Positions 57,467 through 64,000 of a DNA stretch of 64,000 nucleotides are shown one piece after another. The position numbers and the translations under genes are program-made. The notes beneath the pieces are model-generated. The model did no database searches, was not told the DNA's origin, and saw only the letters and a list, made by a program, of their open reading frames with translations. This stretch comes from Lama guanicoe (taxonomy: Eukaryota). The stretch spans positions 17,364,029 to 17,428,028 of the forward strand of contig MU054323.1 in assembly GCA_013239625.1 (NCBI GenBank). The letters run 5' to 3'. Numbering within the stretch: the first letter of the stretch is position 1; each line of letters starts with the position of its first letter.

Positions 57467-60400
57467 CTATAAACAAAAAGGAAAGTAATTAAAATATAGG
57501 TTTGTTTCATCTAAACAAACAAAACAATTTTTTTTAATGTGAGTTTGTACTCAAGAACATGGTCTGGCTTGCAAATACAGATTTGAATATTATGACCCAA
57601 GTCTGGATTTTTAACCTTTTTCCAAGCCACATGTACCATACATGATTATTAACATGCTTCTGGAGATTCAAAGACTTAATTGCATAATTTTAGTATTTTT
57701 TCTTAAACCCTGGTTACCCTGGGGTGTGGGAATGTAGAGAGGGAGAGGCTGAGCTGGGAATAAATGGTACAGTTTATATGGTTTTTGCCAAGGACCAGTG
57801 GTGGTTATAACATTTACTCAACATACTGCTTGAGCAAAACTGACCTCCTACAGGTTTTTGTCACTTGTTTAACTCCATTTTTTCTACCAAGTGATAAAAT
57901 CCCAGAGGAATATATCTTATCTTATTTACCAAAGTAACTCGAGTATCTAGCATTGTGCAGGGCACATAATAACAAGCTTGATAAATGTCTGCTGAACACA
58001 AAGTCATCCTATGTCAAAGGATACAAAATGGGCACTTCTGACAATATGAGACTCTATACTTTAAGGAAGATAACTTGCTCTTCACCCTCATTTTCCCTCA
58101 ACCATTTCTTTGGAGGCATCTCAGGCCACTGCTTTTTGTAAAACTTACATTTTAATAGCCAGCATGATACTCTTTACTTGCATCCCTTTGCCATTCACCG
58201 TGGGTCAAAATGCTCCCTACTTTTTAAAATGCCAAAAAATCAGTTCCAAGAGACAAACAATACATATTTCAAAATACACCCAACTGTCCCAAGGATGGTA
58301 GAGCACTCACTGGATGAAAGCACTCCGGTACTCGCTAGTCAAGAGCACTTAGTGTGGTCTATCCTACCTAGTACATACACCTCATTAGCTGAGAAGGTAT
58401 GACAGACAGCCCTAGTGTGTGGGGAAATTTCTATAAAGCATACCATACAATAATTTAAAATGTGTATTAAAATTACATAGATATGTGTATGGATACGAAT
58501 GTATACACTTACAGTACTTTCTAAAGAAAAATATTTTAGACGCAAATAACATTATGACAATTCAGAACTGTGTGGGGGGTGCTACATGAAGTGGGAGATT
58601 TAAAACAATTTATCATTATTTTACAGGTGAAGAAACTGAGCCTCAAAAGCCTTAAATCATCTGCCCAAGCACTTCTGATCATCTTTGGTATAGCAATTAC
58701 CAATCTGACTATAAATGATCTGTTTACAAATCTCTTTACCCTATTAGATGACTGAATGGTTGTGCAGTTAAAATAATGGATGGAGTATGGACGAGAATCC
58801 AGAATTCATGTTTCTCAGCTTTCCATTCACCAGGCCATCACATTTTGACTACTGTGTGTAGGTAACGAACCTCATGAAGTTACTTCTCTTCAACACTAAG
58901 CATGATAAAAACACCTTTAAAAAAAAACAAAACTGAAACTTGACAAAAGTTTTATTTTTATACATTGAATTACATGCCTCCATTCGCCTAAACTGTCTTT
59001 TTAGACACCCTTTACCTTCATGGCTGACTTATCTACTTATCTTCCTTTAGTAGTGAACCCTGACACCACATGGTAGGGTTGTTTTTTTTTCTTGGTAGGG
59101 AGTCTCAAGTCAAGTCCTTTTTATTTTTTAAACTCTCTTTTCTTAGTATCAGTGACACAATCTATTCTGCTCTTTTGTTGTTGTTGTTCCTTTTTTTCTA
59201 TTCGTTCCTTATCGAGTTCCATATCTACACCCACCCCTCAAATGTGGATTCCATTCTTGTCTGTCTGCCCTCTTCTGTTTTTTTCCCCCCCAGCTAATCT
59301 CATTGACTTCCACATTTTTATCACCTGTGTGGATGACTCCAAATCTACCTCTAGCCCTGACTTTCTCCTGAGTTTTAGACTCATACTCCGCATTACTTGC
59401 TGGGTATCTCCACCTATCTTACCAAAATCCCAAAGATAACATTGAGGTGGGCACTTATTATAAAAGCTGAACAAGAAAAACTATCATCTGACACACAGAG
59501 ATATCTCACAAATGAAAAACACAGTACAGACAGCCCCTGGTTACGCTAAGATGTAGTCCTGGGAAATGTACCTATAATTGGGGGGTTACATTTCTGTTCA
59601 AGGCTCTAGCATCACATAAAATAGAGCTATAGATTTAAAAAACCACTAATTTTATATTTAAAAGGGACCCTAGAAATCATTTAACTCAGTCCCTCTACTT
59701 AGCAGATGATAAAAAAGAGATACCCACAATCCTGTAGCTAATTAGTAATGTCAAACCTGGGCCTCCTGGTGTCTAGGCCAAAGCTCTTTGCAGTAAACTC
59801 TTGACTGTCAAACCCGAGGAGTCTGGGAAGTGCCCCAGCAGCCCCAACAGCGTAAGGAGTAAAATGTCCATGAATTGTATCTATTTATATAGTCGCTTCT
59901 AGATAAAACTTGGCTTGAAGTATATGGTCATATTCTAATAAACAGCATGTCATAAATGCAAATGCAACATTATAAATCTTATAATCTGAAAATGTAAATT
60001 TTTTAAAAGGTAAAATGATCATTGATTATACAAAAGACCCCATATATTACATAAAATTATAAACATACTAAAAATTCAACATAAAGCTTCTCACTATAGA
60101 CAAATATTTGGATGAAAATATTTAATCTACAATAATTCTAATTAACTTAAAAAATATCAAAACCCTTTTGAGGAAGTGGTTTAGATATCTCAAACACATT
60201 TTAGAAAATGCTCAGAAGAATGTAAATTGATCAGATCATACTAAATAAAAATGTTCTTTGCTTTTCAAAGAAACCCAAAGAAACAACACAATTCTTCATT
60301 AATATAGCTCCATCTCCAGCTGCTCCTCAATTTACACTTTATGCTGAGCAATTCAAACTATCTGCAGTTTGCTAAAACACAGTATGCAGTTCAATGTTCT

Positions 60401-62649
60401 CCATGACTATCACTCACTCTCTTACCCTTTCATCTACCTATTTGACTTTCAAAACCCAGATCTCTCATTTGGGAAGACTCGTTTCCTGTCTCTTTCTAAG
60501 GCAGAATTAACCTCATTCATTTAACTGATCTATTAAATGCCAGGTGCTCTGTTAGGTGCTGGATATAAAGAGATGAATCAAAACTAGTCCCTGCTCATAT
60601 GGGCCTTATACTTTGCTCTGTGCTAACCCTTGTACTAGGTACCACACTTTTTATCCAGTTTGTCATACTGAATTATAATTACATGTTCCCTTGTTTATTT
60701 CCTCTGTTGATGCTCTGACTGGGCAAGGCTTTGTTTATCTACTTACAGAATCATTTTCTCTTTCCTTTTCACTTGAAACCCCTGACATTTAGGCAATACA
60801 CACAAAGCCTCTGTGTTGTAGGGGTGAAAGGAATAAAATATCTCTTTCTTGAAATTAAGAGTGAAAGGGGGTGGCAGTAAGACTAGGGAGTCTGGTTAAT
60901 TTCAGAAACATACACCATGAAGCAGAAACCATTCAACATATAATGGCAGTCAGAACTAAAATCAATGTTTATTATGTAGAATCAAATGAACTGTATAACT
61001 ACAGTGGTGAAATGCTTTAGTTTAAAAAAATACTGCTTATAATTCAGGCACATATAGTTAAAATGTTAAGTTTGACACCTTTCATGATATATAAAATTTT
61101 AGAAATTCAAAGTTTTACTCATTGATGGTTACTAATAGCCAAAAAAAACTTATTAGGTATAAATCAAAGAACTAGGCTTAAATAGAAAATAATGCATGAT
61201 GTCAACTGTTCTAAGTTTCTGGACATTAACCTTTACCACATCTTAAATCTGTCAAATTAGGATCACAAGGTTCATTCATATAAGAGACTAATAAATGATT
61301 TTAATTCTTTAAAATCAAAACAATACTTCAAAACCTATGACTGAAAAACATGGGCAATGATAAATGTTTAAAGACAAGCAGAGAACCAATTCCTCAAATA
61401 CAGACTTTGCTCTTTATTCTTTCAAGGAAGATGCTGTTAAGTGGTTTCTTTAATGAGCAGACAGAAGCAGCATTACATTTCCTACACAGATAGAATTTTT
61501 AAAAAAACACTTCTCTTCTATGAGATGGTGTTACAGCTAAGTGTTCCATCTCATCTAAATGGTATTCAAAGATATTTAATAGATCAAATGATCCAAATTA
61601 TTCAAGACCATACAGAATAGGTTATACTGTCAAATCTCACGACAGCTTTCAGAAGCTATCTACAGCTGATATGCACTGAGGGTGTGTGTGTCTGAGAGCA
61701 ACTGTGCACTTAAAATTGGGTTTAAAGTAGTTGGGGGATTTCTCTTACATGAAGTTTTCAAAAACATTTAGTACTTAGGTTTACTGAGACAGAAAACTTC
61801 ATATACTTCTTCAAATGCACTTACTTAGGTAATTTAAATTGAGTAAATGCAAAAACTTCACGAAAAATACAATACAAAAACTTCACTAAAAATACAATAA
61901 GGATTATATAAGGTCATGACAGTAATTCTTTTAAGGTATAATCACCATATTCAATTAAAGATGCCACCCATTAAATTTTAAACCTTTCTCAAGGACTGCT
62001 TGCTTCTATCTGGACAGTTCACTGTCTCTAGTAATTTCTAATAGATTCAGAAGCAACTTTGTTCACTATTACTATCAGATTTTATGGAATCTGGAAAAGC
62101 AAAGGGATTAGGTCTGTATTAATTCTTAGTTGTTTGATACATGAGTCCTCTAACTGCATTCAGGAACCCCTTGGGTAAACTGCCAGAAAACACCATATTG
62201 AATTCTGATGAATCTTTAATAGCCTTTTCTAGCTAATGGCTCTCTGAAGAATTAGAAAGTCTTCTAGACTGCACTTGTCACATTTTGAGCCCAGAACTGC
62301 TACTTTTATTTGCAAATATAATGAGATAATTTGAAATAAAATTGATATTCTCAAAACCTTTACCGTAGCAAATAATAAAAATTTGGATTATTAAGTCCCT
62401 TTTTGAGTGTTATGACTGTCTAGTTAATGTATGATGTTTTAGGTGCTTACTTAAAAATCAAAGCAAAAATCGTTCGTAAAAGAGAAAAAATTGAAAGAGA
62501 CAATGATAAATCAGAGAGCTTAAATCTTTTCCATAAATAAAATTACTGAAAATATTTTCTCATTTCTTGGAACCTGTTAATTAGCCTTTAGGACTATGTA
62601 TGTAACAATCTCCCTACCCCAACTCCCCAGCTCCTCTTATTTGCTGGGG

Positions 62650-63350
62650 ACATAAATATCAATTAGGACGTGGCATCTACCCTCAAGGAGTTCAGCTCAC
62701 AGAGGAGCTTAGACATATAAACAACTGACTTAACACAGTGGGATGAGGTCAAAATGGAGTTATATTTAAGATACAGTGATGGAAAAAAAAAAAGTGACCC
62801 TTGCTGATGGTACGTGAGGAGTATCAGAAGTCTTTACAAGTGAAATACATTTGAACTGGAGCACAAAGGATGAATAACGTATGACAAGGAGCAGTTAAGT
62901 AAACAGGGCTTTCACTTAAAGAGGTAGCATATAAAGTCATAAAGGTGAAGACACATGATTTTATGTGCTAGGGAAACCAATAAAGAGTTGGACCAAAGAG
63001 TACATGTGGGAAAAACTAATACTAGAAAGGGCAGGCTTGTGTGTCAAGCTAAGAAGTTGGGAAGTGATCAGGGAAGGAGAAAATGATTGAAGGGTTTTAA
63101 ACAGACACTGACATAAATTAGATCTGTTTGCTGAATTATCTCTCTGTGTCGCATGAAGGATAGGCTAAAACGAAGATGAAATACAAAGAAGCAAAAGTAG
63201 TTGGAAAGATGCTGCATGCTCTGTAAAAAGACATAATGAACGTCTGAAACAAGGTAGAAGCAGCAGGAGATATAAAAGAAATAATGAGGTACGTCTGGGT
63301 AATTATTTAAGGGGTAAGGCTGCAATGAGAAAAGCACTAACTGAGCCAGG
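62650..63350 (-). mobile_element. L2 LINE fragments
   Basis: ctaccctcaaggagttc...agacatataaacaact; gattgaagggttttaaacag. Approximate. Confidence 0.5.
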
Positions 63351-63400
63351 ATAGGAAATACTAGACGAGAACAATATTTTTCAGAAAGATAAGGGATTCA

Positions 63401-64000
63401 GTGGCCATCATCAAAAAGTCTACATATAATAAATGCTGGAGAGGGTGTGAAGAAAAGGGAACCCTCCTACACTGCTGGTGGGAATGCAGTTTGGTGCAGC
63501 CACTATGGAAAACAGTGTGGCGATTCCTCAAAAGACTAGGAATAGATTTACCATATGACCCAGGAATCCCACTCCTGGGCTTGTACCCAGAAGGAAATCT
63601 ACTTCAGGATGACACCTGCACCCCAATGTTCATAGCAGCACTATTTACAATAGCCAAAACATGGAAACAACCTAAATGTCCATCAACAGGTGACTGGATA
63701 AAGAAGATGTGGTATATTTATACAATGGAATACTACTCAGCCATAAAAACCGACAACATAATGCCATTTGCAGCAACATGGATGCTCCTAGAGAATGTCA
63801 TTCTAAGTGAAGTAAGCCAGAAAGAGAAAGAAAAATACCATATGAGATCGCTCATATGTGGAATCTAAAAAACAAAAACAAACAAACAAACAAAAACAAA
63901 GCATAAATACAGGACAGAAATAGACTCATGGACAGAGAATACAGACTTGTGGTTACCGGGGGGGGGCGGGGTAGAGGGTGGGAAGGGATAGACTGGGATT
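63401..64000 (+). mobile_element. Young 5'-truncated L1: intact ORF2 C-terminus (63401-63868) and 3' UTR running off the window
   Basis: 155 uninterrupted codons including the CCHC zinc knuckle ([19 protein letters not shown]) and the terminal SLICGI*. Confidence 0.93.

Overview
Mammalian genomic DNA, AT-rich and dominated by introns. The window holds coding exons 2-15 of SOS1 (Son of Sevenless 1, Ras GEF) on the minus strand. All 14 exons have GT-AG boundaries and join into one uninterrupted 2423-nt frame, about residues 30-837 in human numbering: histone-fold, DH, PH, helical linker, REM and the start of CDC25. Exon 1 lies beyond the right edge and exons 16 onward beyond the left edge. The introns carry ancient eutherian repeats (MIR, L2, L1M, MLT1, Tigger and Charlie elements) plus younger insertions with clean target-site duplications (TSDs). 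These include a full-length but dead ~7 kb L1 in intron 2, several L1 3' tails and a tRNA-derived SINE that suggests a camelid genome (recognised from memory, not searched). I found no new multi-gene system. The best leads are possible hidden SOS1 regulation (a candidate internal first exon in intron 9 that would remove the autoinhibitory N-terminus, candidate stop-containing cassette exons, a NAGNAG acceptor, a 74-nt intron) and unusual insertion histories (a triple-nested L1 and a tail-less local copy of an L1 fragment). All splicing leads are motif-based inferences that need RNA-seq or conservation data. Repeat boundaries without TSDs are approximate.
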